Positions 14,590 through 28,525 of a stretch of DNA of 64,000 nt are shown piece after piece (position 1 is the stretch's first letter; each line of letters starts with the position of its first letter). The notes beneath the pieces are model-generated. The model saw only the letters and a program-made list of their open reading frames with translations, searched no databases and was not told where the DNA came from. Origin of the DNA: Octopus vulgaris (Eukaryota); the NCBI GenBank assembly GCA_951406725.2, contig OX597840.1, positions 40,163,844 through 40,227,843 on the forward strand, read 5' to 3'. The position numbers and the translations under genes are program-made.

Positions 14590-14861
14590 CAACAATAATA
14601 ATAATAATAGTAATAATAATAACAATAATAATAATAATAATATTAATAATAATAATAATATTAATAATAGTGACAACAACAACAACAACAATAATAATAA
14701 TAATATTAATAATAATAATAATAATAATAAAATGATCATAATAATAACAACAACAACAACAACAGCAATAATAATAATAATAATAATAATAATAAGCGAA
14801 TTCGAAAGCAAACATCTTAAATAATATTTACCACTATAAAACCATTGCATGTAATTTTAAA

Positions 14862-14915
<54 letters not shown>

Positions 14916-15350
14916 CACTACTACTACTACTACCACTACCACTACTACAACTACAACAACTACTGCTACTATTACTACTACTACTACGACTATAACAACT
15001 ACTACTACTATTACTGCTATGACTACTATTATTATTAATAATACTGAGAAGAGGAAGAAGAAGAAGAAAAGAAGATGAAGCAGAAGTAGAAGAAAAAGAA
15101 GAAGAAGAAGAAGAAGAAGAAGAAGATGAATGACAATAGTAATAATATTAATGATAGTAATAATTATTATTATTATAACAATAGTAATAACACTAATGAT
15201 AATTGTAACAGGAATAACAACAACAATATCAATAGCTATAACACTAATAATAATAACAATAACAATAGTAACAATGAACATAATAGTAATAATAATAATA
15301 ATGATATTATTATTAATGTTATCGTTGTTGTTGTTGTTGTTGTTATAGTA
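14420..15350. repeat. Compound trinucleotide arrays (AAT)n, (ACT)n, (AAG)n, (AAC)n
   Basis: Direct reading. Confidence 0.95.
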
Positions 15351-15676
15351 TGAACGAAAATAACACTAATAACAAATCATGGCAGGGAAAAAAACAAAAA
15401 GTGTTTTAGACAAAAGGAACACATGAAGTAAAAGCATAGCAAGATAAAAAAATAAAAAAATAAATCCGAGAACGCCTAAAAATGCAAACATCAGGTGAAA
15501 CAGCTTTATGTTAAGGAAGCTTGTGGAATGTTTTAAAATGACACTTTCGTCTTGAAAATTCATTTACTTCTTACACACACCGCCTCACCTATTTCACCAC
15601 CATCTTGTTTTCTATCAACTGTATTATAGTCCTTCTGCCTTTTTCTCCATCTCTCCTCTGCTCTTTCTCTCTCTCT

Positions 15677-15728
<52 letters not shown>

Positions 15729-15861
15729 CTCACTCACTTTGAATCAATCGGTCTTTATTTGCTTTTATTTTATTTTACTTCTCAAACTTATGCATTTTGA
15801 CATTATCACTAAAAATATATTTAAAAAAGAAAGCTATCGTAAATACATACACTCATATGCG

Positions 15862-15895
<34 letters not shown>

Positions 15896-16149
15896 CCTGA
15901 ATATGTGATTGTATGCGTATGCGTGTCTCTACCAAGGTATACGGTTGAATGAATTAGTATATGTATATGTGGTTATATAACAACAAACATATATTTTTAT
16001 GTATGTATGTTTGTGTGTGTATATACAATCAAACATATTTACAAACCGAAAGATAAACACATGTATATACTATAGATGTATGTATACACGTATTTATATA
16101 TGCATTATGTATGCTTATATATATATATATGTGTGTGTGTGTTTGTATA

Positions 16150-16181
<32 letters not shown>

Positions 16182-16949
16182 GATAGATACATACATATAT
16201 TTGTATATATATATAAATATATATTTGCACAAACACACACACACACATACACACACATATACACACACACATACACACGTATATATATAAGCTCTTTGAT
16301 TCATACTCTTTGAACACATATTTAAATTCGTTTATTCCTCCGTTTACATTTCCCACCAGGTCTCTCTTTCCCACACCTCTTCCCTCCCTCCTCTATCCCG
16401 GACCCTCCATCTCTTTTCCTCCCTCTCTTACTCTTAGTCTCTCTACCTCTCTCACCTTAAATACACGCTTCCTCTATTCACTCGTCCTTTCCTTTTTCTC
16501 TTCTCTATAAATTTTAAGCTTCCTCTGCATTTGCGCGCCGGTTTATTTTACTTTTCTGCTTCACTACTATAAAAGCACCAACATAAACACACTTTCTCTC
16601 CATTCTCTCCCTCCCTTTCTCTCCACTAACGTCTTTATGTATCTCTAAATATGGCCGACTATATTTAGAGGTATCTATCTGTTTGTCTATTCTTCTGTAT
16701 CTTTATATCCTTTCGTTCATATATATACATATATATATATATACATCTTTAGTGATACAACCGTTTGAAACGAAAAAATCAATGCACGTTGCATATATTT
16801 AGGTATTTATTAACCTGAAAAGAACTACGGTGTTCTCAGATATTTATGTTTCGTGCGACAAAATATCATGCATACGTTTATACGTGATCGTATACGCATA
16901 CATGTATGTGTATATGTATGTGTATGTATGTATGTTTGTATGTATATAC

Positions 16950-17014
<65 letters not shown>

Positions 17015-17043
17015 CATACATATATATATATATACATACATAC

Positions 17044-17132
<89 letters not shown>

Positions 17133-17254
17133 TAAAATATGATAACAAAGTCAAGGTTGTGTGTAGTTTTCAGGACCTTCCACTCTTTGGGTCTTCTATA
17201 TACCAATACCTTATATATATATATATACATACACACACACACACACACACACAC

Positions 17255-18058
17255 AGAACTTTCGCTCTGGTTTGTTCTGGTAGATTCTGTGACACCAGCC
17301 TGCTGTCCGAAGTCCCACAGGATCTCTTTCGACACATTACAAGCTTTGATACTTGGTTGTTAATTACCGAGGGAGACATTCAACATCCACGTACGAATCT
17401 CAAAATCCTCGCTATCCCCAACAGAGCAGTTTTGAGGGTTTACTCTGCTATCATATTAATTCCCATTTCTTTGACATATTTCTCGATCTTCGTTGTTAGT
17501 CTTCCGAGTACCTCTACAACTACTGGAACCTCAGCCACTCTCCTCATAGTCCACATTCTTTAAATTTCGTATTTTATTAGTCTCTATTTTTCCGTCTTTC
17601 CCACTTCTTTGTCACTTATGCGTGCATCCCCAGGTATTGCAATATCTATGATCTTCGTTCCTTTTATCCCTTTATCTACCACAACAATATCTGGGCTCAG
17701 ATCCTAGATTAGGGAGTCGCATTGGATTGTAAGCTCTCACAGTATCTTATGTTTCTTGTTCTCGGTGACTCCTTCCGGTTCATGTTCGTACCATTTCCGC
17801 GCTCTGTTCAGTCCGTACTTTTCACATAGGCTCCAGTGGATGAACTTTAGCCACGTTATCTTGCCTCCTTTCGTAGTGCTTTTGGGCCAGATTGGGCCCT
17901 AACCCTAACCCAAACCCTAACCCTAACCCAAACCCTAACCCTAACCCAAACCCTAACCCTCACTCACAATATCTGAGATTGTTTCGTTTCTGCTGCCACA
18001 TATGCTACAGACGGGCGATTCACTAATCTTATCTCTGTGGAACTTGGTGTAATTAATT
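17255..18058 (-). mobile_element. R4/Dong-clade non-LTR retrotransposon 3' fragment (zinc knuckle plus restriction-like endonuclease), pseudogenised
   Basis: Minus-strand translation: SPVCSICGSRNETISDIVSE[insert]PNLAQKHYERRQDNV, IHWSLCEKYGLNRARKWYEHEPEGVTEN, PDIVVVDK..TKIIDIAIPGDARISDKE, RMW..VPVVVEVLG. Confidence 0.88.
17897..17960 (-). repeat. Short interstitial telomeric sequence (TTAGGG)2-TTTGGG x3.5
   Basis: Plus strand CCCTAA CCCTAA CCCAAA repeated, 64 bp. Confidence 0.93.
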
Positions 18059-18119
18059 ACTTATTATTTGGACGGTGGGGGACCACTCGATTATATCGAC
18101 CCAGCGCGTAACTGGTACT

Positions 18120-18140
18120 CATTTATTATTATTATTATTA

Positions 18141-18210
<70 letters not shown>

Positions 18211-18331
18211 CATCATTAATCTGCATATTTGTTACGATCACTCGCCGTGACACACCCAGCGTCCTAGTGCGAGTGAATATCATTATTACTATTATAATCA
18301 TCATCATTATCATCATCACCATCATCATAAC

Positions 18332-18363
<32 letters not shown>

Positions 18364-18372
18364 ACAATAACA
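18120..18372. repeat. (TTA)n and (CAT)n microsatellites
   Basis: Direct reading. Confidence 0.9.
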
Positions 18373-18439
18373 TTGGCCTCATCAACTAGCTTGTTCGGAA
18401 AAAGAGCTACAGAATCGGCCTTGTTAGAACCGTCAGACG

Positions 18440-18875
18440 AGGCTGTGTGCTAAGAAGCTTGCTTCCCAACCACATGGTACTGGGTTCAGTCCAACTGTGT
18501 GGCACCTGGGGCAAGTGCCGTCTACTATAGCCTCGGGCCGACCAAAGCCTTGTGAGTGGATTTGGTAGAGGGAAACTGAAAGAAGCCCGTCGTATATATA
18601 TATATGTGTGTATGTGCGTGTGAGCATGCGCATGTATGTGTGTGTGCGTGCACGCTCACGTGCGTGTGTGTGTGTTTCTTTGCATTTGTCCCTATTACTG
18701 CCTGATAACCGGTGTTGGTGTGTTTATGTCCCCCGTAAACAAGCGGTTCGGCAAAAGAAAAACCGGTAGAATAAGTATTAGGCTTTTTAAAAAAATAAGT
18801 CTTAGGGTCGATTTGTTCATCTAAAAACCCTTCAAGGCGGTGCTCTAGCATAGCCGCAATCAAACGACTGAAACA
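18440..18875 (+). mobile_element. SINE family A, near full length
   Basis: GGCTGTGTGCTAAGAAGCTTGCTTCCCAACC...AAGGCGGTGCTCTAGCATAGCCGCAATCAAACGACTGAAAC. Confidence 0.9.
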
Positions 18876-19303
18876 TGTATATATATAGAAAGAATAATAG
18901 AATAACAGAAAAGCCAAAACCTGGGCCCAGACGGAAATTTCTGGAAACGAATCATCGAATATCTCTTCAATTGCAATTTTGTGAGTAACAGATATCAAGT
19001 GCGACAGGGATCCAAGATTCGACTTTGCCCTGCATATCAATTTTCCACTTTCCTCCTGCAAGGGCGAACGTGTTCCGTTCCACTTCCTGTTTTCTCTACA
19101 GCACAGGAAGTTTTCATTTGGTGCGTTTGACGTGTTTCATAAGGAAACCCTTTCTCTTTCATTAATTTCTTAAGAGTTCCTGAAAAGGTATTTGCGCAAT
19201 GACAGCACAGTAGCACGGTGCTTCTCTTTAAAATATTTAACGAAAGAAGAGGGGCAAGAATGCCAAAATTGGTACGGTTATATGTATTTATACAAATATA
19301 CAA

Positions 19304-19344
<41 letters not shown>

Positions 19345-19487
19345 TATGCATACATATATATATATAGTAATTAGTAAAAAGTGAAAAAAACTACAGAAGG
19401 CTTGTTTTAAAAGGTTAAAAAATATATATTTGAGTCAATATGTCTGAAGAATGTTATAAATTTTTTTCATACAATGACATAATTTAG

Positions 19488-19527
19488 AAGAAATGACCGG
19501 TTTCGCGTTCAGCTTTTCAAATTTCTT
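19488..19527 (-). ncRNA. Minimal type-I hammerhead-like motif, U3:A8 core
   Basis: AAGAAAU-UUGAAAA-GC-UGAAC-GC-GAAAC-CG-GUC-AUUUCUU; perfect 7-bp helix I and a GUC triplet. Confidence 0.62.
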
Positions 19528-19609
19528 ACATCGTTATGTTTACGTTGAGCGGTGATCTAGATAATAAGTGATTTCTTATGCATATATATATATACACATA
19601 TATGCATAT

Positions 19610-19902
<293 letters not shown>

Positions 19903-20324
19903 TGTTGGTATATGTATACACGAACGATGTCTGTAGAGTTTAGCGGGAAGAACTTGAATGAGAAACCAACTTCGCATTTGTGTGTCAGAATAAACCAGGC
20001 TGGTGAACCGTGTTCGCTGTTTGCCTCTTCAGTTCAATTTACACTTTTAAGCTGTTACGCTGTCATTGCTATCGAACCGTTGTTATTTTGTTGTCGTACA
20101 AGATTTATTAATTGTAACTGTATTGTCGCTGGTTTTGACCCGTTTGCGCGCCTACTTGAAAAATCCCGCGCCCTTTCTTGGTTGCTGCATTTTTGCCCTT
20201 TTGCCCTTTTGCAGTTTTGCTGTTTGCATTTTTGCCCCTTGCATTTTGCATTTTGTTCCTTTGAACTCTTCTCAATTCATCAGTCAATAAGAGAAGGATA
20301 AAAACACGATGCTGTCAGTGTTGC

Positions 20325-20596
20325 TGTCATCGTCGTCATCATCATCATCGTCATCATCATCATCGTCATCATCATCATCGTCATCATCATCATCGTCATC
20401 ATCATCATCATCGACATCATATTCGTTATCAATATTATCATTATTATTATCAATATTATCATTATTATTCCCTAAAACATGGCCACCATCAAGACGTAAA
20501 AATTCAATTACGCTTATTATTATTGTTATTTCATTATTATTATCTTTGTCATCAACATTATTATTATTATTTTCATCATCAACATTATTATTATAG

Positions 20597-20693
<97 letters not shown>

Positions 20694-20698
20694 TACTA

Positions 20699-20730
<32 letters not shown>
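20325..20730. repeat. (CAT)n and (TTA)n arrays
   Basis: Direct reading. Confidence 0.9.
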
Positions 20731-21278
20731 GAGTGAGAGATCAGTTCATGCCATCAAAGTGACACTGGGGTAAAATATACGAAACCCAGTATACCCATCA
20801 TGACTACCCGTCTGATAAGGGCACACCAGGCACATGCATCACAACCATATGTGCGCGACATGGTGATCTCATATCAAGATAAACAGCACATGACCTTGCA
20901 GGTGGGGCCCAGTTAGAATTTTCTTCAGGTTGAGTAGCCCATCCCGCTCAAGCGGTCCCTGAATAAGGGTTGTTTAAGGATGTTGAAAGAACCACCCATG
21001 TTTCCAGAGGTGAATTATTCAAACCCCAAAGAATCCCTCTCAACACATGGCTATGATGCTCCCTCACTACTTCTGCTCGTGATCAGAGATGCACATATCG
21101 TCAGCCACTAAGGGACATGCTCAACTGGTTAAGGTCAATCAACGGACAAGCAAATCTGTGGTATTGAGCAGAATATTTGCTGTAGCCCATCTTTTATACT
21201 AAGACAAAACAATGTACATGATAACACTTCCGATCAATTAAGATCAGAAGCCATGAGAGCCATTGCCTGGTACTGCAT
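20731..21278 (-). mobile_element. About 550-bp non-coding element inserted within a (TAA)n array (probable non-autonomous retroelement or LINE 3' UTR)
   Basis: Complex, GC-richer block with sharp boundaries and same-orientation TTA repeats on both sides; strand inferred from the ...CTCTCACTC-(AAT)n end. Confidence 0.55.
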
Positions 21279-21309
21279 ATTATTATTATTATTATTATTA
21301 CTACTACTA

Positions 21310-21380
<71 letters not shown>

Positions 21381-21420
21381 TTCACTATTATTATTATTAT
21401 TATCTTTATTATCATTATTA

Positions 21421-21458
<38 letters not shown>

Positions 21459-21973
21459 ATTATTATTATTATTATTATTATTGATACTACTATTATCATT
21501 ATTATCATTGTTATTTTTGTTGTTGTCATTACTCTTTCTCCCCCCATCTCCCTCTCCCTACTACTCTGCTTAATACTTAACATATGTATTTATTCTTATC
21601 CTTCCATGCAATATTTGTATGATTTCTTCGATCGCCCCAATTCTCGTTTTCCCGCCACCACCACCATTTTCGTCCCAGCACTCATCTCTCTCCATACTAA
21701 CGCCAGTGTCTCCCTCTATTTACCACGCATTCCGCCTCACTACTAATATAAGCGTGCGCGTATGTACGCATGCGTGCGTGTTTAAGTATCTCTTTACGTA
21801 AGTGGAAATGTGTCTTTTTGTTTCTCTATAGTACACTATCACCATATTTTCTTCAGTAAACACACATACGTATACACACACACACATATAGATACATATA
21901 ACACTATACACATATATGTATATACATGCATATATACATAAAGAAAAATATGAACTAACCTTTATTTGTGCCT

Positions 21974-22019
<46 letters not shown>

Positions 22020-22022
<3 letters not shown>

Positions 22023-22170
22023 AGAATTCACAAAACAAAAGACGAAGACAGGTGGTGTAAACAACAAACAGATGTATAACGCTCGGGAAGGGAAAATGTC
22101 ATTAACGTTTCGAGCCTCCGCTCTTCCACAGAAAGAAACAAGGAGAGAAAATAAAGAATGTGTAGTGGCT
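22020..22170 (-). mobile_element. Penelope-like pLTR fragment with variant hammerhead motif (22101-22134)
   Basis: UUU-CUGUGGA-A-GAGC-GGAG-GCUC-GAAAC-GUU; related to the 3300-3560 element; lies between (TA)n tracts. Confidence 0.55.
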
Positions 22171-22208
<38 letters not shown>

Positions 22209-22279
22209 CTGTGTGTGTGTGAGTCTGTGTGTGTGTGTGTGTGTGTATGAATATATATATATTTATATGTGTATATATT

Positions 22280-22429
22280 CTTTTAGTCTTTTATTTGTTT
22301 CAGTCATTTGAGTGCCCCCATGTTGGAGCATCGCCTTTAGTAGAACAAATTGACCCCAGGACTTATTCTCTGTGAGTCTAGTACTTATTCAATGGGTCGC
22401 TTTTGCCGAACCGCTATGTTACAGGGACG

Positions 22430-22501
<72 letters not shown>

Positions 22502-22668
22502 TACACGACAGCCTTCTTTCAGTTTCCGTCTACCAAATCCACTCACAAGGCTTTGGTCGGCCCGAGGTTATAGTAGAAGACACTTGCCCGAGGTGCAATG
22601 CCATGGGACTGAACCCGAAACCATGTCGTTGGGAAGCAAGCTACTTACAGCACAGCCACTCTTGCGCC
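22280..22668 (-). mobile_element. SINE family A
   Basis: Reverse complement of head (AGGCGCAAGAGTGGCTGTG), core and tail. Confidence 0.88.
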
Positions 22669-22769
22669 TTATATATGTATTCTATACATACATACATTCA
22701 TATATACACATATGTACATATATATTTATATATGTACATATATATATAATTATATGTATATATATATGA

Positions 22770-22863
<94 letters not shown>

Positions 22864-23451
22864 GTATATGTATTCTTACATATCAGCTTAGCATCATTTT
22901 TCATTAAACCTACACTTTCAATTGTCTCTCCATTTTGATTCGCTTCTCATAACACTCCGTTGGCCCCCGTCCTCCTCTCCCAACCGCGAACACCGAGCAA
23001 CAGAAATGCGCACAAACACACACATACACCACACGAACGCACGAATGCATGCATGCATGAACAGATGCATATATTCAGGCAGACGAGCAATGCACACACA
23101 AACACACACACACACACACAGACGGAGCTTATAAACATCAAATAGGAGAGCTGAACTCCCGCTCTTCTTGTCTCTCTCTTTTTTCGTGTGGCAAAACAAA
23201 TGAAATTGTTTCATACTTAAGATAATGGTACGTAAATTCCTTATATTACTTGCCGATCAGAATCGAAATATGCCAAAAACAGAAAGCATTCTCTTCGGAA
23301 GAGAAGAGGAGTGAATGAGACAGAGAAAGAGAGGGAGAGGATGAAAGAGAAAAGACAGAGAGAGAGAGAGAGGGACATTAGAGTCATTATTTACATTAGA
23401 TATACCTTGTGTAATATGCTCGCTTTCCCAAAGTATTAGCGACAGCGGCAA

Positions 23452-23915
23452 GGAGGAGGAGGAGGAGGAGAGAAGAAGAAGAAGGAGAAGAAGAAGAAGA
23501 AGAAGAAGAAGAAGAAGGAGAGGAAGAAGAAAAAGGAAAAGAAGGAGAAGAAGAAGAAGAAGAAGAAGAAAAAGAAGAAGAAGAAGAAGAAGAAAAAGAA
23601 GAGGAAGAAGAAAAGGAAAAGAAGTAGCAGAAGAAGAAGAAGAAGAAGAAGAAGAAGAAGAAGAAGAAAAAGAAGACGAAAAAGAAGAAGAAGAAGAAGA
23701 AGAAGAAGAAGAAGAAGAAGAAGAAGAAGAAGAAGACGAAAAAGAAGAAGAAGAAGAAGAAGAAGAAGAAAAAGAAGAAGAAGAAGAAGAAAAGAAGAAG
23801 AAGAAGAAGAAGAAAAAGAAGAAGAAGAAGAAAAAGAAGAAGAAGAAGAAGAAGAAGAAGAAGAAGAAGAAGAAGAAGAAGAAGATGGTGGTGATGATGA
23901 TGATGATGGAGATGA
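23452..23915. repeat. About 460-bp polypurine (GAA)n/(GGA)n tract
   Basis: Direct reading. Confidence 0.96.
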
Positions 23916-24196
23916 AGGAGAATTACAAGAACGAAAAAGAATGAGGAAAAAAACATTAAAGACATTTCAAATAGAAAATAGAGTAGGAAATAAATAGAAA
24001 TTATATCTAACAACCCCCCACCCCACCCCATCCCTGTCTCTCACTGTCTCTCTCCCTCTCTTTCTCTCTCTCTCTCTCTCTCTCACGCAGGCATATATAC
24101 ATACATATATATATACATAAGTACATATATGTATACATATATACATATATATAGGCATATACATATATACACACATATATATGTACATATATGCAC

Positions 24197-24245
<49 letters not shown>

Positions 24246-24284
24246 TAGAGGTATATATATGCATATATATATATACATACATAA

Positions 24285-24322
<38 letters not shown>

Positions 24323-24427
24323 CTGTATATGTAAATACACGTTTGTATATGTATATATATATATATATGTATATGTATATATATGTATATGTATATTCAT
24401 ATATGCATATACATATATATGTATATG

Positions 24428-24483
<56 letters not shown>

Positions 24484-24585
24484 CATGTATATTTGTGTGT
24501 ATATAGATATACAGAGAGACATAGGTAAAGCATATATATAAATATATATAAATCTATATGTATGTATATATATTATATGTATGTA

Positions 24586-24633
<48 letters not shown>

Positions 24634-25342
24634 GCAAAGGAGTGTGTACATAGCACACATTTAATAAAAAAAGAAAATGGGCAAGACAAAATGAAAGTTA
24701 TAGGTCGGGGTGTGGACGGAGAGAATGTTTCTTAGCAATGGAGAGACGATATGGTGTATACGTATATGTGTCTGTGTGTGTGCATATGTCTGCGTGTGTG
24801 TGCGTGTGTATGTGTATATGTGTGTGTGTTTTTCTAAGTCTCCGTGTGTAAGAATGAAATCAACTTGGAATTTTCCATTGATTTCTCAATACAAATATAG
24901 ACGTTTTGGGAGAGAGAGAGAGAGAGACAGAGAGAGACAGAGACAGAGACAGAGAGATTGTGTGAGTATGTTTGTGTATTGGGGAGATGTGTCATATATT
25001 TTTATGATATATACACGCACATACTTGTGTATGTATGTATGTATGTATGTATGTATGTATGTATGTATGTATATATAAATGTATGTTTGTATGTATGTAT
25101 GATTATATGTATAAATGTATAAATATATGTATGGCTGTGTGTATGTATAAATGTATGTATGTTTGTGTGTGTATGGTTTTGCACTATCGATGCATGTTTG
25201 TTTTATAAGTATTGTTCAGTGAGTGTTTATATATATATACATGTGTATATGTGTGTATATGTGTGTGCATACATGTATGTATATTCATAGAGAAAGACGG
25301 CGGGAGAGAGTTAGTGAAAAAGGTAGATAAATAGATAGACCT

Positions 25343-25582
<240 letters not shown>

Positions 25583-25622
25583 TCATATATATGAATATAT
25601 ATGTATATATATATATATGCGC

Positions 25623-25661
<39 letters not shown>

Positions 25662-26255
25662 TATACACATATATATTCATATAAGTGTGTGTGTGTTTTG
25701 TGTGTTTTTGTAGTGTTCGAGTGTGTGTTTATATAGATATATGTGTACATATGTGTATCTGTGTGTGTGTATATTTGTACGTATGTATGTACGCAATCAC
25801 GTATGCGTATCCCGGCATACACTTCTCCACTTGCCTCCATTACATCTCCCTAATCCCCTCATAATAACAAAATACTATAACAGCCAGTTCCTTCTTCTCT
25901 AATTTCTCCTCCACCCCGCCCGCCCGCCCCCGCTGCAAATTACTCCCATTTTCGTACGCACTTGTCACTTATCTCATTTTCTCTCTCCGTGTTTCTTATC
26001 TTCTCTTCCATCTCTGCTTCTTTCGCTCTGTCTCCGTCTCTATCCACAATAAAGTTCCATGAAACATTCTTTAAGACACTAAAACATGCCTGCTGTGAAC
26101 CTTTGTCTGATTATTAAATGAAAAGATTACGAAAAAGCAACTAGACAACGCTTTCAAAAAAGCCAAAGAATTTATGGTAAATAAATGACGCTAAAACTCT
26201 TTATTTGATTTATTTGATTTTTGTTTCTTTTGTATTTTTTAACTACTTTGAACTT

Positions 26256-26420
26256 GGCATAAGCGTAGCTGCAAGGTTAAGAAGCTTACTTTGAAACCAT
26301 GTGGTTTCAGGTTCAATCCCACTACACAGTACCTTGAGCCACTAAGTTCTACAGTTGCCTCGGGGCGACTGCAGCCTTATGAGTGAAATTGGTTGACGGA
26401 AACTGTATGAAATCCCACCC
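26256..26420 (+). mobile_element. Degenerate 5' half of SINE family A
   Basis: GGTTAAGAAGCTTACTTTG...GGTTCAATCCCAC...GCCTTATGAGTGAAATTGGTTGACGGAAACTG. Confidence 0.75.
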
Positions 26421-26459
<39 letters not shown>

Positions 26460-26467
<8 letters not shown>

Positions 26468-26623
26468 ATATTTCGGAATGGTCATATTGCCAGTTTAGCC
26501 AATAAAAACACACGCACTATATATTTGGTGTTATTTTGCTTCAGTGATATTTATTTTTTACATTAATCTTAATCTTATTTCGGCCAAAGTTCTTTCGTCA
26601 CACTCCTGTGACCGCATTTAAAC

Positions 26624-26624
<1 letters not shown>
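26460..26624 (-). mobile_element. Penelope-like fragment (near-identical to 49961-50070) with the 3' half of a hammerhead motif
   Basis: About 110 bp shared with the 49.96-kb copy; minus strand GUCACA-GGAG-UGUGAC-GAAAG, truncated before the CUGANGA core. Confidence 0.6.
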
Positions 26625-26658
<34 letters not shown>

Positions 26659-26677
26659 TACATATATATGTATATAT

Positions 26678-26730
<53 letters not shown>

Positions 26731-26996
26731 TGCGTGTTTTTATATATATAGAGAGAGAGGGGGAGAAGGAGAGAGAGGGGCACACACAGACAAAGAGAGA
26801 CACAGACAGAGAGAAGGAGATACAGAGAGAGAGACACACACAGACAGAGAGAGAGAGATTTATCCTCGAAAGTAATTTTTTAAACAGAGTTAATTAATGT
26901 GTTTCTCCGTAGATTGGAAAAAACCGAGGAACAGACTTATCCGATTTTCGGATCTTATTGACTTCTCATCAGACACAAAAACACACGCATTCATTA

Positions 26997-27375
26997 TAGG
27001 AATGTTGTGTGGCCGTGTGTTACAAGGTTTGTGCCCTAACCACATGGTTCTGTGTTTAGTCCTACTGCAAGGCAAGTTGGGGAAGTTGCTTCTACTATAC
27101 CCTTGGCCCGATCAAAGCCTTGTGAGTGGATTTGATAGACGGAAACTGAAAGAAGCCCGTCTTGTATACATATATATATATATATATCCGATCAAATCTT
27201 CTGCGAGTTAGCATGTGATCCCTTGACAGTGTAACCTTCATTTCATTAAGGTATCGTCGACCTGATGAGTAGACTCTGGAATACCGCTCGTTGAGTGATT
27301 ACAACTTTCGGGGTTCTGTTTGCTATGAAACATATGTAGCCCGGATTTTATTTACTTAATTGCTTCAATTTGAAT

Positions 27376-27417
<42 letters not shown>

Positions 27418-27660
27418 ACACATGTATATGTCTGCGTGTATCTTTGTGTCTTTGTTTGTTCCTCCAGTACCACTTGACAACTGGTTCTGGTGTGCTTACG
27501 TCTCCTTATCCTAGCGGTTCGGCAAAAGAGCTTGATGGAATAAGTAACCGGCTTTAAAAAAATAAGCACTGACTTCGATTCGTTCGACAGAAATTCTTCA
27601 AGATTGTGCTCCAGTGTGGCCGCAGTCTAATGACTGAAACAAGTAAGAGAGAAACATAAG
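26997..27660 (+). mobile_element. SINE family A split by an insertion in its internal (TA)n tract
   Basis: 5' half 26997-27185, 3' half ~27420-27660 (tail GTGCTCCAGTGTGGCCGCAGTCTAATGACTGAAACAAG). Confidence 0.8.
27253..27346 (+). ncRNA. Hammerhead-like motif with extended helix II and weak helix I
   Basis: CUGAUGA (27262)...GAAAC-AUAU-GUA; palindromic ACAUAUGU helix III; GUAG/CUAU and GACUCUGGA/UUCGGGGUU pairings. Confidence 0.5.
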
Positions 27661-28525
27661 GATGAATGTGTGCGATTCTGTGCGTCTTTCTGTGTGCGTG
27701 TGTGCGTATGTGTATGTATATATGTGTGTGTGCGTGTGTGTGAGAATGAGAGAGAGTATTTAGTATATCTTTCGTTGTACCTTTAAGAAATTCTCAGAGA
27801 GTACTCAATGTCCTAATTTAAGCTAAAAAAAAATTACCAAATAATATTTCTATATAGGTATTCATAATATTAAAAGCTTTACGTTTTTTAGCACTTTTGG
27901 CATTCAACATTAATTTTAAAGTTCGAAAATTATGTTATCCAATTTCCAATTTTTAAATTTGGTCTTTAAATTAAAAAAAAGAAATATCCTACTTCTTCTT
28001 TCTGGAGAAGTAAAACAATAATTCAAAGAATTCTTCCGACAGAAGCATATATTGCCAAAAATACTTTCCGTGTTTCTGCATCGTTTATAAGCAAGAAATC
28101 TATATTAGCTCGAAACTTCTCTGCATTCAAGAATTTGAAACAATAATAGGAAAAATTACTATTTATTTTCTTTGCGTTAGTTAATTCTTTTTTTTTTTTT
28201 CGCGTTAATTATGGTTCTCCATAGATTAAATTACGTATTGTATTGTATTATTCTTCTTGAGAGTATGTGCACTGAAACCTCCTACGCAAAAGAAAATATG
28301 CTGAAAGATATAAGAAATATGGATGGTTAGATCTTAGATTTATGCCAAAAGCTATTGGTATAGAAAACAATAAATAACAAACGATGTACTACGCTGCAAC
28401 TAACATGGAATGCCATAAAACCGTTTTTCTTTGAATAAATGTTGTGAATGAATAAATCATTCTCATAACGAGGAAATTCCGTTAAGAATCGGAACACAGC
28501 GCCGTATCAAAGATATCTTGTTATT

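Noticed and set aside
17897-17960. True telomere or chromosome-fusion site
   Set aside because: Only 64 bp, single orientation, and the retroelement continues collinearly on both sides.
18900-19290. Unique-looking ORF segments on the minus strand
   Set aside because: No recognisable motif; the ORFs are extended by SINE and microsatellite sequence.
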